Part shown: positions 12,835-24,448 of the stretch, one piece after another
Position numbering within the stretch: the first letter of the stretch is position 1
How the letters are laid out: each line of letters starts with the position of its first letter
NCBI GenBank assembly: GCA_038087875.1
Contig: CM075995.1
Span: 10,976,001-11,040,000, forward strand
Reading direction: 5' to 3'
Length of the DNA stretch: 64,000 nucleotides
Source of the DNA: Malacoraja senta
Lineage: Eukaryota
Translations under genes and position numbers: made by a program
Notes under the pieces: model-generated
Databases searched by the model: none
Told to the model about the DNA's origin: nothing
The model's input: the letters and a program-made list of their open reading frames with translations, nothing else

Positions 12835-14843
12835 TTAGCCTTACCAGACCCCCCCCGCCCTAATAGGTTCTTGGGCCCAAGAAGGGTAGTCTAGGTATTA
12901 AAGTTATGAGCTGAACCAGGTTTATATGATCAACCACAACCTTCGGCTAGTGAATACAAAGTGACTCATGTCAAAAAATTTACCACTTTATTGATCATTT
13001 CCACAACAACCCATTTTAATGAGAAAAGAGGGACAAGAGGCTAATAGTAGGTATAAACTGTTGGAGTGTCCTATTTGGCTTTCTATATATTTGCTCATTT
13101 GGCTGAATGTGGTGTAAGCTCTACTTAGCCGCAGCCAAACAATGTATCAACATCGGATTGGATGGTGGTTTTTGCAGTAGAGAATCCGTTTACGGCTGTT
13201 TGAGGTAAGTTGTTTTACTTTGCTACATAATATTGTTTGCTATTATAATGCAGGGATATTGTGTGTGATTCAGTTATAGTGTTCAGTTGATAATTTACTT
13301 TCAAACCAATGCCATGGGGCAATGCCATGCCCAGTGCACATGGCCTGCAGAGAGGTACAGTGACTGACACGTGGTTAAAATCAAGTATCAGCAAGTGCAT
13401 ATAAAAGCCCTGTGGAATTTGTGCAATAAACTATGCTATGTAGGCCTAAGTACAATTTAAGCTGGAATATTATGTTATTTGATGGTGATTTATCTTAAAT
13501 AGGGATGGACTTTAATTTGATAAGCTTACAGAGTCATCTCCCATCTTTAAGAAAAACTATGGAAAGCCGTATCAGACATCCAATAGTATGGACATAATTG
13601 CAATATCAGTAGTGATGCAGTGAGTGTATGCTTAAAATATTAAACTCAATAATGTTGTTTATTGTCAGGCACAATTTGTGCCATTATAGGATGTTTTATC
13701 TGTGGCATGGTCAGCAAATAGTTTCAAGATACTTGTTCTCTACTTTAGATTCATTACATTCAATCTCGTGTTTAAATTTGTAAATATGAATTTTGGAACA
13801 TTTGCAATATTTACTTATCATATATCACCGTGGAACTTGCAATATTTACTTACCTTATATCACAGATCAAGAAGATAATTGCTACAATAATGTTAATTGT
13901 TTTGTGATTCATAAATTAATAATTTGTTATTTATGTTTGTTAGGTTTACCACCCTGAACCAAACTAATAAAAAAAATACTTTAATGACCTAGGATTTTAA
14001 AGTTTTCTACATTCAAATGGAGGAACAAGCTTTGAAGGAGAGTATTTTTAGTCCACATGGTTCTCCCATTAAAAGCTTTTTAGTACAGTTCAGGCTAATA
14101 TTATCCTGGGCAAATTACCAAACCTAGCTAGTACTAGTAGTAAGACAATGACATGGAGTGTCCTGTAAACTGTAATGACGATTTACCATTCCATTACGCT
14201 ACCGGGAAATCATAGCATATATAAAACTTAGAAACAGTTATCAAGCAAATTTTTTTCTCATTGCAAAAAATGTCCCAGCTGTTTACTTTTTGCCAATTTT
14301 GCTAATGACAACTTCAGACTGCTTTTCGTGCATACTGTTTGTTTTGAAAAGGCCACATATAGGAACTGAGTAACAGTAGACCAGTTTTCTTTTCAAAATT
14401 ATTCTCAGGTAAACACATTGAAGTACAGAATATGTTACACAGTTTGGAGTTAATATCTTTCGAATTTAAAGGTTTAAAGGTTTAATGTAACTATGTAACA
14501 TAACAAATTAAAATTTCCTTCAGGGTCGGATTAACATTTGAGTCTGTTATTCTTTAATGAATCATTCCTTACCAATCATTGAATAGGAATAATGAATCAT
14601 TCCTTACACATTCCGTACATTAATAATAAACTTTAAAAATACATTGGGCCATATATACATTGCGACCAAAATGTCAATTTTGGACCACATGTTTGCAATC
14701 GGGCTAAATGTTTGTTTTAAATGATCAATCACACCTCGGGGAATACTAAATGACTCATGCCACAGCAATTATCTGCTGCCTTGTACCTATCAGACCCCCC
14801 CCCCCAGTTGGGCAATTAAGGGACTATTTGGGGAGCCTGGTAG

Positions 14844-16614
14844 TCAAGTCACATTTATTTATATAGCACATTTAAAAAACAACTCTCATTGGCCAAAGTG
14901 CTTTACATTTGTTATTAGAACAAAAATATAAAAAAAGAATTAAAAAAAAACCTACATACATATAGCCCTCGCTCAGAGGACTTCAAGAAAGGCTTGGGTG
15001 TATAGATACATTTTTAGTCTTGACTTAAAGGAGTCGATGGAGGGGGCAGTTCTGATGGGAAGGGGGATGCTGTTCCACAGTCTAGGAGCTGCAACCGCAA
15101 AGGCGCGGTCGCCCCTGAGCTTATGCCTAGACCGCGGGATATTCATCATCCCCAAGTCGGCCGATCTGAGGGACCTGGAGGTGGAGTGGTGGGTGAGAAG
15201 ACTTTTAATGTAGGTGGGGGCAAGCCCATTGAGGGCTTTGTAGACATAGAGGAGGATCTTGAAATGTATACGGAACCGCACAGGGAGCCAGTGGAGAGAG
15301 GCCAGGATCAGGGTGATGTGGTCCCTTTTTCGGGTGCCCGTCAGGAGTCTCGCTGCGGCGTTTTGGACCAGTTGCAGGCGGGACAGGGAAGATTGGCTGA
15401 TGCCAGTGTAAAGGGAGTTGCAGTAATCTAGTCGGGAGGAGATAAATGTGTGGATGATCTTTTCGAGGTCATCAAAGTGGAGGAATTGTTTTATTTTAGC
15501 TATCGTCCGAAGCTGAAAAAAGCTAGCTTTTACCACGGCATTGACTTGTTTGTCAAATTTCAGTGCTGAGTCAATATCACGCCAAGGTTTTTGACGTGAG
15601 GTTTGAGTAGTGGGGTAAGGCTTCCAAGGCTGCCTGCTATGATTTTGATTGAGTCCGAGGGACCGAGAAGGATGACCTCAGACTTACTCTCGTTTAGTTG
15701 GAGGAAGTTCTGGGGCATCCAACACTTTATATCCTCGAGGCAGCGGGAAAGATTAAGCAGATTTGATGGTTTTTGGGCTTCAGGGGAGATAGAGTTGTGT
15801 ATCGTCTGCGTAGCAATGGAAGGAAATGCATTGCCTTTCAATGACTTGGCCTAAGGGGAGCATATACAGGGAGAAGAGAATGGGGCCAAGGATGTAATCT
15901 TGTGGAACCCCACCGCAGAGATTAGCTGGGGAGGAGAAAGAGTTGCCTATGTTAGTCGAGAAACTCCTACCTTTGAGGTAGGAGATGAACCACGTCAGGG
16001 CAGTGCCATCAATACCAATCCCATACCGGAGACGGTCAATTAGGATGGTGTGGTCGACAGTATGAAATGCTGCGCTGAGGTCAAGAAGGAGCAGGATTGC
16101 ACAGTCGCCGGAGTCAACGGTGAGCAGTAGGTCATTATGTACCTTCAACAAGGCAGACTCTGTGCTGTGGTGAGCCCTGAAACCTGATTGGAAAGTTTCC
16201 AAGATAGTGTTTTGGTGAAGGTAAGGCATAAGTTGAATTAAAATTACCTTTTCAAGGGCTTTTGAGAGGAAAGGCAGTTTAGAAATGGGTCTGTAGTTGC
16301 TTGGCAAGGTGGGGTGGGGGTTAGGTTTTTTCAGGAGTGGCTGGACCACCGCATGCTTGAAGCAGGTAGGTAGAGTGCCAGTGGCCAGAGAGCTGTTGAA
16401 GATGGCGAGGATGCTTGGACCGGCTGTTGTAATTACGTCCTTTAGGAGGGCAGAGGGGACAGTGTCGAGGGGGCAGGTAGGAGGTTTCATGGTGGTGGTT
16501 AGTTTTGCAAGGGAGGGTAAAGTAACGGATTGGAAACAATCTAATTTTGAAGAGCAGACCAATGAGACAGCCAGGTCACGGGTGGGAGGGGAAATATTTG
16601 TTCTTATGTTTTTT
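14844..16614 (-). mobile_element. L2 LINE, 5'-truncated (same family as 8504-10325)
   Basis: ORFs 15780-16562 ([13 protein letters not shown]) and 14973-15536. gtag duplicated at 14840-14843 and 16615-16618. Confidence 0.92.
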
Positions 16615-17186
16615 GTAGGACCAAGGTAATGGATTATTATTCTGACATGGGTGATTTTGTATTTCCTAGGCTGTGATTGATCATCTAAACCTGGTGTTAG
16701 CTGGTACCTGGTATCTAGGCTAGTCTAGATGGGCCCAAGGACCCATTTAGGGGGTCTGATAGGCCCAAGGCAGCAGATAATTGTTCTGTCATAGGTCATT
16801 TTATATCCCCCAAGGTGTGATAGATCATTTAAACTTGGTGTTAGCTGGTACCCACAATATTTAGGCTAGCCTAGTTGGACAGCAGGGTCTAGGTTGTCCA
16901 TTTTTGGGGTGCTGGTACCTGTAGTGCAGCGAACTATTTGTCTGGCGTAACCCATTTTGTACTCTATGAATTCAACTTGTTCATTTGGCATTAGTTTTGA
17001 GTGGTACCTTGCTTGTCTATGCTAGCCCATTTTTTAGGCCCCTTGTGGGGGGTCTGGCGGGCCTTTTGCAGCGGGAAAATTGTCTGCCGTTTGTGTTATT
17101 GATATAGGCGTGGCAGTGAGCACACCATGGTAGTGGATTTAAGTGGTACCTCACTCATCTATTTAGCACCCATTTTTTGGCCCCTT

Positions 17187-17217
17187 CAAGTCAAGTCAAG
17201 TCAAGAGAGTTTTATTG
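17187..17217 (-). mobile_element. Detached 3' tail of Rex1 element (body at 31153-31955)
   Basis: On the minus strand, caataaaactct followed by (cttga)n. Joins 31141+ once the L1 is removed. Confidence 0.8.
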
Positions 17218-17532
17218 ACTTCCGGTGGCGCCATGTTGGACTAACAGACGTGCACCTAGCTCCTCTCCCGAGAAATTTCACGATTTATCGTGTAAAACGG
17301 GTCCATAAATCGGGATTGGATTTAAAAACCTTACCGGAGCTTCTGGTCGCCGGTAGGATGACGTCATCAGTAAGCGCGATGTTTTAAACGGTGGTTTAAA
17401 GCCCTTTAAATGAGTACCCTGTCTCCAGCTGAGAGCCCTCAGAGATTAGTGACAAAGCTGCTGAGAGACCCGAAGAAGTCTGAAGCAGAAGTTACCTCTG
17501 AAGTCTCTGAAGTCTCTGAAGTGGCTGCAGAA

Positions 17533-18514
17533 ATGGATACAAGAGCTAAGAAATAGTTTGATGACGAAGAAATCAGTGAAAAATATGAAAGATGAGATTT
17601 TGGATGAAAATAAAATTATGATGGAAAATATGAAGGAAAATATGGGAAATATGATGGAAAAAATGGAAAAGATGTTGAAGGATTTAAATGCTGGTAATCA
17701 GAAGGCTATGGATGCTGGCAATCAGAAGGTGATTGATTCACTGGACATTATGAATAAACGAATTGATGATGTGAAAGATGGACTATCAGAGAGAATGGAC
17801 AAGATGGATGAAACTACTACGGACAAGTTCACGGCTGTGCTTGAAACAGTAGCTGCAAGTATGCGCACAATTACGGAATTGGAGAAAAACACGGCTCGAG
17901 TGGTTGAAGGACATGGCGAAAATGAGGCAAGAACATGAGCAAATGAGGCAAGAAAATGAACAAACTCACTACAGATGGTGATTCAAGTGGGAAAAGTCTC
18001 AGAAAAATGCCTGGACCTGGAAGCTCGCTCTAGACGTCAGAATTTGAGAATTCTTGGAGTCTCAGAGGGAGCCCGAGGGGGAGGATGTGTGTGAGTTTGC
18101 CATGGGCTTGCTTAAACAACTGCCTAATCTTTCCAAAGAACCGAAAATCGAAGTGGCTCATCGTGTCCCAAGATTATTATTATTAGATCTGGTGTGGGAA
18201 AAACTCATCCACGACATATGATTGTGAAATTTCGGGATATTTTAGAACTGGAAGATGTTATGAGCAAAATCAAACACGGTGTGCAACTGCGGCTGGACAA
18301 TGACACTATCAAGATATTCAGGGACTACCCGTATGAAATTGTGCAAAAAAGAAACAAATTCGAGAAGGTTAAGGATCCTTTAAGAGGGAAAGAAGAGATC
18401 AGATATGGAGTTTTTTATCCAGCGAAAATGCGTATTTCCTTCAAGGGTTCTGAAAAGTCATTTGTTATGCCTGAAGACGCGTTCAAATATGCCCAAACTA
18501 TCGTTGAAAAATAG
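17533..18514 (+). pseudogene. L1 ORF1 (coiled coil-RRM-CTD), disrupted
   Basis: Coiled-coil ORF 17558-17938, DLEARSRRQNLRILG motif near 18015, IEVAHRV, KIFRDY..YPAKMRI. Contains stops and frameshifts. Confidence 0.85.
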
Positions 18515-20389
18515 AAATCAAATGGGGGTTTGGCAGATTGCTTTGTCTGGGGATAGCTAGACTGTTATCTTTGGAATGTTGAATCAAGGACACTTTCTGT
18601 TCAAAATGAGTAAACAGCTGAACAGACGGGAATGGCATATACCAGAAGCATTTACTTGTTTATTAGATTATAATATTAAAACCAATTGTAAAAATTTATC
18701 CTATTAATAAGTTATTCATGTTAGATTAGAATACTAACAAAAATAAAAATAAAAAATAACGAACTAACATACTAATATGAATTTTTAATAAAATGAAACC
18801 TTATCTATAAGTGGGAGGAGGGGATGAGAAACGAGCACCTGGCATAGTTCCAGGGGCACGCCTCGTTAACCCCTTCAACCAACAGTTGATTCTTATTGAA
18901 GTCAAAAGTATCGGTATAATAATTAGTAGCTAAAATTGCGATATATATATATGTTATAATGAAATATATAGGGTAAAATTGTATTATATATCTGAATGTG
19001 AGGCCCCGTTTTAATATTTTAATATGTTATGATCAACCAAGAGAGCGGAGTGATGTTTAACATCACAATGGAAGTCGAAACAAGGTTTTTTCCCACCTAC
19101 AGGTGGGACACTCGCTACAGTGCCGACTATATTAGACACTGTATTTTCACTTTTTTAGTTTTTTTTTATTACCACATAAACTCACATGTTTGTGTTTTGT
19201 GTTTAGTGATAAGCGTAAAATGGATATACCAACAAAACTTAAAAATTCAAAAGTTCCCCCAATACCCAAAGACCTGGGATACGGATGCACCACAAGATTT
19301 AAAGGTACTATAATTATTCAAAATGCATGATACTAAACAAAAGAACCTAGGAGGAATCTCATTTTGTAGTTGGAATATAAGAGGTATTAACGAACCTATT
19401 AAAAGGGGTAAGATACTAGCTCAGCTGAAACTGTACAACTCTGACATTATCTTCTAACAAGAAACACACTTAAAATCTCAGGATCAAGCTAGGTTGAGGG
19501 CGAAATGGATAGGTCAAACAGACCATTCTTCATTCACTTCGAAATCTAGAGGCACGTCAATCATTATAAGAAAAAGTATACCATTTAAAGCAAAGAATAT
19601 CATAACAGATATAGAAGGGAGATACTTAATAGTTAATGGAGAAATTCATGATACTCCACTTACCTTGGTAAATATATATGCCCCTAACTTTGACAACCCC
19701 CACTTTTTGAATAACATTTTCAACATAATTGCAGCGTTTAACTAACAAAATGTTATAATAGGAGGAGACTTTAACTGTGTTTTAGATCCGTACTTAGATA
19801 AATCAAGCCAAAAACAGAGAGGGAATATGAAATCGAAAACCGGGGAACTTCACAATACTTATATAAACAATACTAATAGTAAGATTAAACGAGAACTTAC
19901 CTAAGTTTGAAGTTTGATCTTTATTTTATGAGGAGTTACGTAGGTGATTACGTGAAGAAGCCCGTCAGTGCGCCTGCGCGTCAATCTTCAAAGCAGCGGT
20001 GTGAAATCACAAAAAACAAGAACCGAAGTAATATAGTCTCATACTAAAACGAGTAATACAAGAACTTCCATCTGACCTTTATGATAGAGGGTAGGGTCGT
20101 GGCGGGCACTTAATCACCTACGTAACTCCTCATAAAATAAAGATCAAACTTCAAACTTAGGTAAGTTCTCGTTTAATCTTACTATTTTACTTCGGAGTCA
20201 CGTGAGTGACTACGTGAAGATTTTAAAGCTTTGTGATTTCATGCCGTGGATCAATCCCGGCTTCTCACTGCATAGATTGACTCGAAACGAGAAAAATCAA
20301 TCATGCATTCATAATAACATTTGTACCACAAATGCAGTAATTCATTTTTAATAATGAAATTAATCAGATCCCCTTTAAACCAGAGGAAT

Positions 20390-21359
20390 TTACACAGAAC
20401 TTAAAATAGTTTCTGCAAACAACCCCGCATTAACAATAGGCCGATGGTAAAAATGTTGAAACATCAACTCATTGGACCACCCGGCGGCTGCGAGGATATG
20501 GTCGACGGGAACGTCTTTCGCCCAGGCCGCCGACGTTGCTGCTGCCCTAGCCGAGTGAGACGTACAAAACATCAGTGTTAATACCAGCAGCTTTTAAGAC
20601 TTCTTTTATCCATCTGGAAATAGTCTGTACTGAAACTCTCTTGTGTGGTTTCTTGTGTGTGATCAGCAACCCATTTTCCATATTTCTTAGTCTTTGTGAC
20701 CTCAATGTATTGTAACAAATATGTTTTAACACAGAGACAAGGATCATTTGGATATGCTGCTAGCACAATTTTAAACCCTGTCACACCTGGCCTACTTTGC
20801 TTTAGTAGGTCATAGATATAGAATGTAACCTTGTCTGCAGTTACTTCCATCCTGTCTATTTGTAATTTCCCAAGTGTTTGCACTCGTTGTGCTGTCACTA
20901 ATGCCATAAGCATGACTACTTTCATACTGAGCTTGGCCAAAGATAAAGACACACTTGGAGACCATTCACGAAGTAGTTTCAGTACCACACTTACATCCCA
21001 GATTGTCATGTATCTAGGTTTTGGTGGTCTGGAATTAAAAATTCCTTTCATTAGTCTGGAAACAAGTGGGTGTGACCCAATTGGGTTTCTTTCTGAATCC
21101 AGAACCAAATATGAGGATAATGCACTTCTGGCTGAATTAATTGCACTATAACTCAGACCTTTATCATAATAAAGTTTTGACAGAAATTCTACAACATCTG
21201 AAATATTTACAGTACTATATTGCACATTTTCCTGTACACAAAATTCTTCCCATTTCTTAATATAAGGTACTGTTTTTGAGTGCTCTTCCTCCAGGCTGCC
21301 GTAAGCATGTTGACAGTATGCTCAGACAGTCCTCGCCCCAAAAAAGGCCTTCTTAAAAC
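20390..21359 (-). pseudogene. DIRS tyrosine recombinase (frameshifted)
   Basis: GLSEHTVNMLTAAWRKSTQKQY, GLSYSAINSARSALS, LVTAQRVQ, HKKPH, HSARAAATS, ILAAAGWS..FYHR. Confidence 0.88.
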
Positions 21360-23295
21360 CTGCAAATCAACAAAGCCAAATGATCATATAATTGATGTTG
21401 TTCCCCTGTTACAGGGTGCAGCAAAAGATTCTTTCTTTTTGGGACTTTCATCAATTTTTGTGATGTCAATTCTAATATCAATGGATACCATGGTTGTGTA
21501 GGCCAATCTGGCACTACTAATACCCCTGAAGCAGCATCTTGCCTGATTTTAAGCAAACATCGGCTTATGAGGCAGAAAGGTGGAAACATATATGAAAACA
21601 TGCCACCCCAATGTAGCGAGAAAGCATCAATCGCCACTGCTCCTGGATCTGGTTCCCATGACACATATCTCTCTAGCTGATGATTCAGCCTAGATGCGAA
21701 CAAGTCGATGTCTGGCATTCCAAATCTGATTACCATATCATTGAATACCTCTTTATTCAACATCCATTCTTTATTATCATGGAAGTTTCGTGACCTGGTG
21801 TCTGCTATCGTATTCATTCTACCTGGTAGATGGATAGCTGAAATCCAAATATTCTTTTCAATACACCAAGACCAAATTTGATTAGCCATTTTGTCACATG
21901 ACACCGACTTGATTCCACCCATATGATTAATATAGGCAACTGCTGTTTGTGTTATCAATTTGAACTTGAACATGTTTATTAGTTGTATTAGAACAGTAAG
22001 CTTGGAGCCCATAGAAACATCCTAGAAGCTCCAAATAGTTAATTCCCCATGTCTGCAGTAACAATGACTCTTCCTGATTCCATCTGCCACCGTAGCTAGA
22101 TGTTAAGTCAGTTGCACCCCATCCTAGTGCACTGGCATCAGTTTGTAATATCATGGAAGGTTGTTCAATCAGCACTTTGGCTGAACTGCTTGCGACATGT
22201 AGAATCCACCACTGCAGATCAGAAACAGCATTTGTTGTTAGTTGCATGGTTCTATCAAAGTGACCAACATGCATTCTCAGTGCCTGTTCTTTAAGTCTCT
22301 GCAGCTGTTGATAATGTAATGGTCCAAATTGGACTGCTGGGAATGCTGCTACTAACTTTCCCAGTACACGAGCCACCTGCCTAATTGAAGGTTTTTGCTC
22401 GTTTAGGAGATTACTGCAATCTTTAATCAAATCCCCCATTTTTTCCCTGGGCAAAGTAATATTCATGTGCACTGAATCAATTGTGAACCCCAAATAATTA
22501 ATAGAGGTGCTGGGTATTAACCTTGATTTCTTTGGATGAATTAGAAACCCCAAACTTTCAAAAGTTGATTTCACAACTGCAACAGATGCTTCTGTTGACT
22601 GTTTTGTCTTTCCTATAATCAAAACATCATCCAAGTATGCCATCAGTACATGACCTTGGCTTCTCAGCAAGCCCAGAATTGGTTTTTAACAATTTTGTGA
22701 ATATTCTGGGTGCAGACGTTAACCCATTAGGCAGAGCTTTGAACTGCCACAACTGGTTCATCCATTTAAATTTAAGATACTTCCTATCTTCTGAATGAAC
22801 AGACACTGAATAATATGCATCTCTCAAATCTATTGTTGCCATATAACATGCTTCTGAAATAAGCTGTTTGGCAGTCACAAATGTCTCCATTTTAAAATGT
22901 CTAAATTGCACAAAAGGATTCAGATTTGTCAAATCTAGAATAATCCTACATCCTCCATCCTTTTTTGAACGAGGAAATATATTTGATACAAATTGGTGAC
23001 TTTGGTAGACTGATTTTTCAATAACCCCTTTTTTATATAGGGTTTCAATTGCAACCTGAACCTCCATCACTTCTTTTTGTACAAAGTGGAGAGTTCGGCT
23101 AGGAACATGCTGAACAGGCAAATCATAATTTGGATTGAATTCAATTCGAAATCCTTGTATATTATTCAGGATTACCACATCTGAAGTAATTTTCTTCCAG
23201 TTATTATAGAAGAAATGTAACCTGCCTCCAACTTTTGGACTTAATCCAGTTATTATGTTCCCATGAGAACCAGGTCCACCTACCTCTTGACTCAT
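21353..23295 (-). pseudogene. DIRS RT-RNase H-methyltransferase-like region (frameshifted)
   Basis: KKDGGCRIILDL, IDLRDAYY, LPNGLTSAPRIFTK, AYLDD, TDASALGWG, DLFASRLNHQL, YMFPPF, VPDWPTQPWY. Confidence 0.9.
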
Positions 23296-24448
23296 TTGAG
23301 TAACTTGAGATTCCTGGATTCTCCCGGAAGCACGACCACTCGTTCTTGCTCCCGCTGCAGGCCGCCAACTACGTCCCTGCGTTGATGAGCGACTTGGGCC
23401 AGGATCCGTATGACGTCTGAAAGGATACTTCCTCTTTACAGACTTCACAACCATTGATGTCTTCTTCAATCCTGTTTTCGCTTCATCTTCCAACTCTTTA
23501 ATTCGTCTCCCGAGATCCTCTCCAAAGAGCAAGTTGGGTAATTGTATATTACTTGGTTTGCAGAGTGCTGCGAATTTTGGATTCATAGTAGGCCGTATAA
23601 CACTTTTCCTCAGACAGTTGACCTCGAAGTGGGAGCTGCATAGCAATCCTAGTGCTTCCTTGATGTAACTCCGACAACTCTTGGCTTTTATCTGCTATTC
23701 TGGCAAAAGCAGTAATTCCAGAACCCAGCAGCTTTAATATTCTCTGCAATTTTAATTCTTGAGTTCTCATAGTCATACTCAATTGATTCCAGATGATTTG
23801 ATTCACTGCTGGTGCTTTCAGCAACACCCAGTTGCTTGGAGTCTCATGCTTCTTTGCAGTATCATCCATCTCCTGCTGTTCCAGCTGATGCGAAACCAAG
23901 TAATTTATTAAGGAGGCCAGCTCATCTCCTAGCGGCTCTCTTGACCCTGACGGGGCAGCGAAGCGTACTGCCAGTGGTGGAATATCTGGTATCTGCAGTT
24001 CTTCACCTTGTATAGCCTCACCGTCAGAGTCGGGGTCTGAGCTCTCATGACCCATAGCACTCTCCTCATCCCTGAGGGTGCATTCCATCAGCCCTGTGCC
24101 AGGTGCTGTTAGACTGCTTCCAGCAGCTGGTATTTCAGTACTCTCTGCGAGTGTACTTTGCTCCAATAGCCTGTGCAGAAGGCTTTCCATCTGGCTAATA
24201 CGCACAAAAGCAGTATCTAGCCCTGGAGCTTCCATTGCCTGGGACTCCTCCTCCATCGGCCGTCTGGATTTGAACTTGGCCTTTCGCCCGACAGGCGCTG
24301 ACTGAGTTTTCATCAGCCCCAGGTCCACAGTCGCTATGCTCCCCACCGGCGACTGTACCGGGGTTAGAGGTGGCTGGCTTGTACCCGGAGATTCCCGACT
24401 TTCTGCCGGCTGAATCGCACGCCTCTTTCCCCTGCCCGTTTTTTCCAT
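23284..24448 (-). pseudogene. DIRS gag-like ORF1
   Basis: ATG 24448 in GCCATGG context. One frameshift near 23655. The C-terminal part is in frame with RT in ORF 22627-23646. Confidence 0.75.

Larger units (their letters stand above)
5357..17186. mobile_element. Unclassified long-TIR (foldback-like) DNA element with ~150-bp modular repeats, hosting four nested TEs
   Basis: 5500-5948 plus 12120-12190 is the diverged reverse complement of 16619-17186. Repeat units at ~5766, 5917, 12887, 14705. The interior 13.0-14.7 kb is AT-rich with no long ORF. Confidence 0.7.

Noticed and set aside
13300..13410. CCAAT and TATAAAA motifs and nearby splice-like sites inside the long-TIR element
   Set aside because: No coherent ORF could be assembled, and such motifs are expected by chance in AT-rich DNA.
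8504..16614. Inverted L2 pair as terminal repeats of a composite transposon
   Set aside because: Each copy has its own TSD and a different host sequence.
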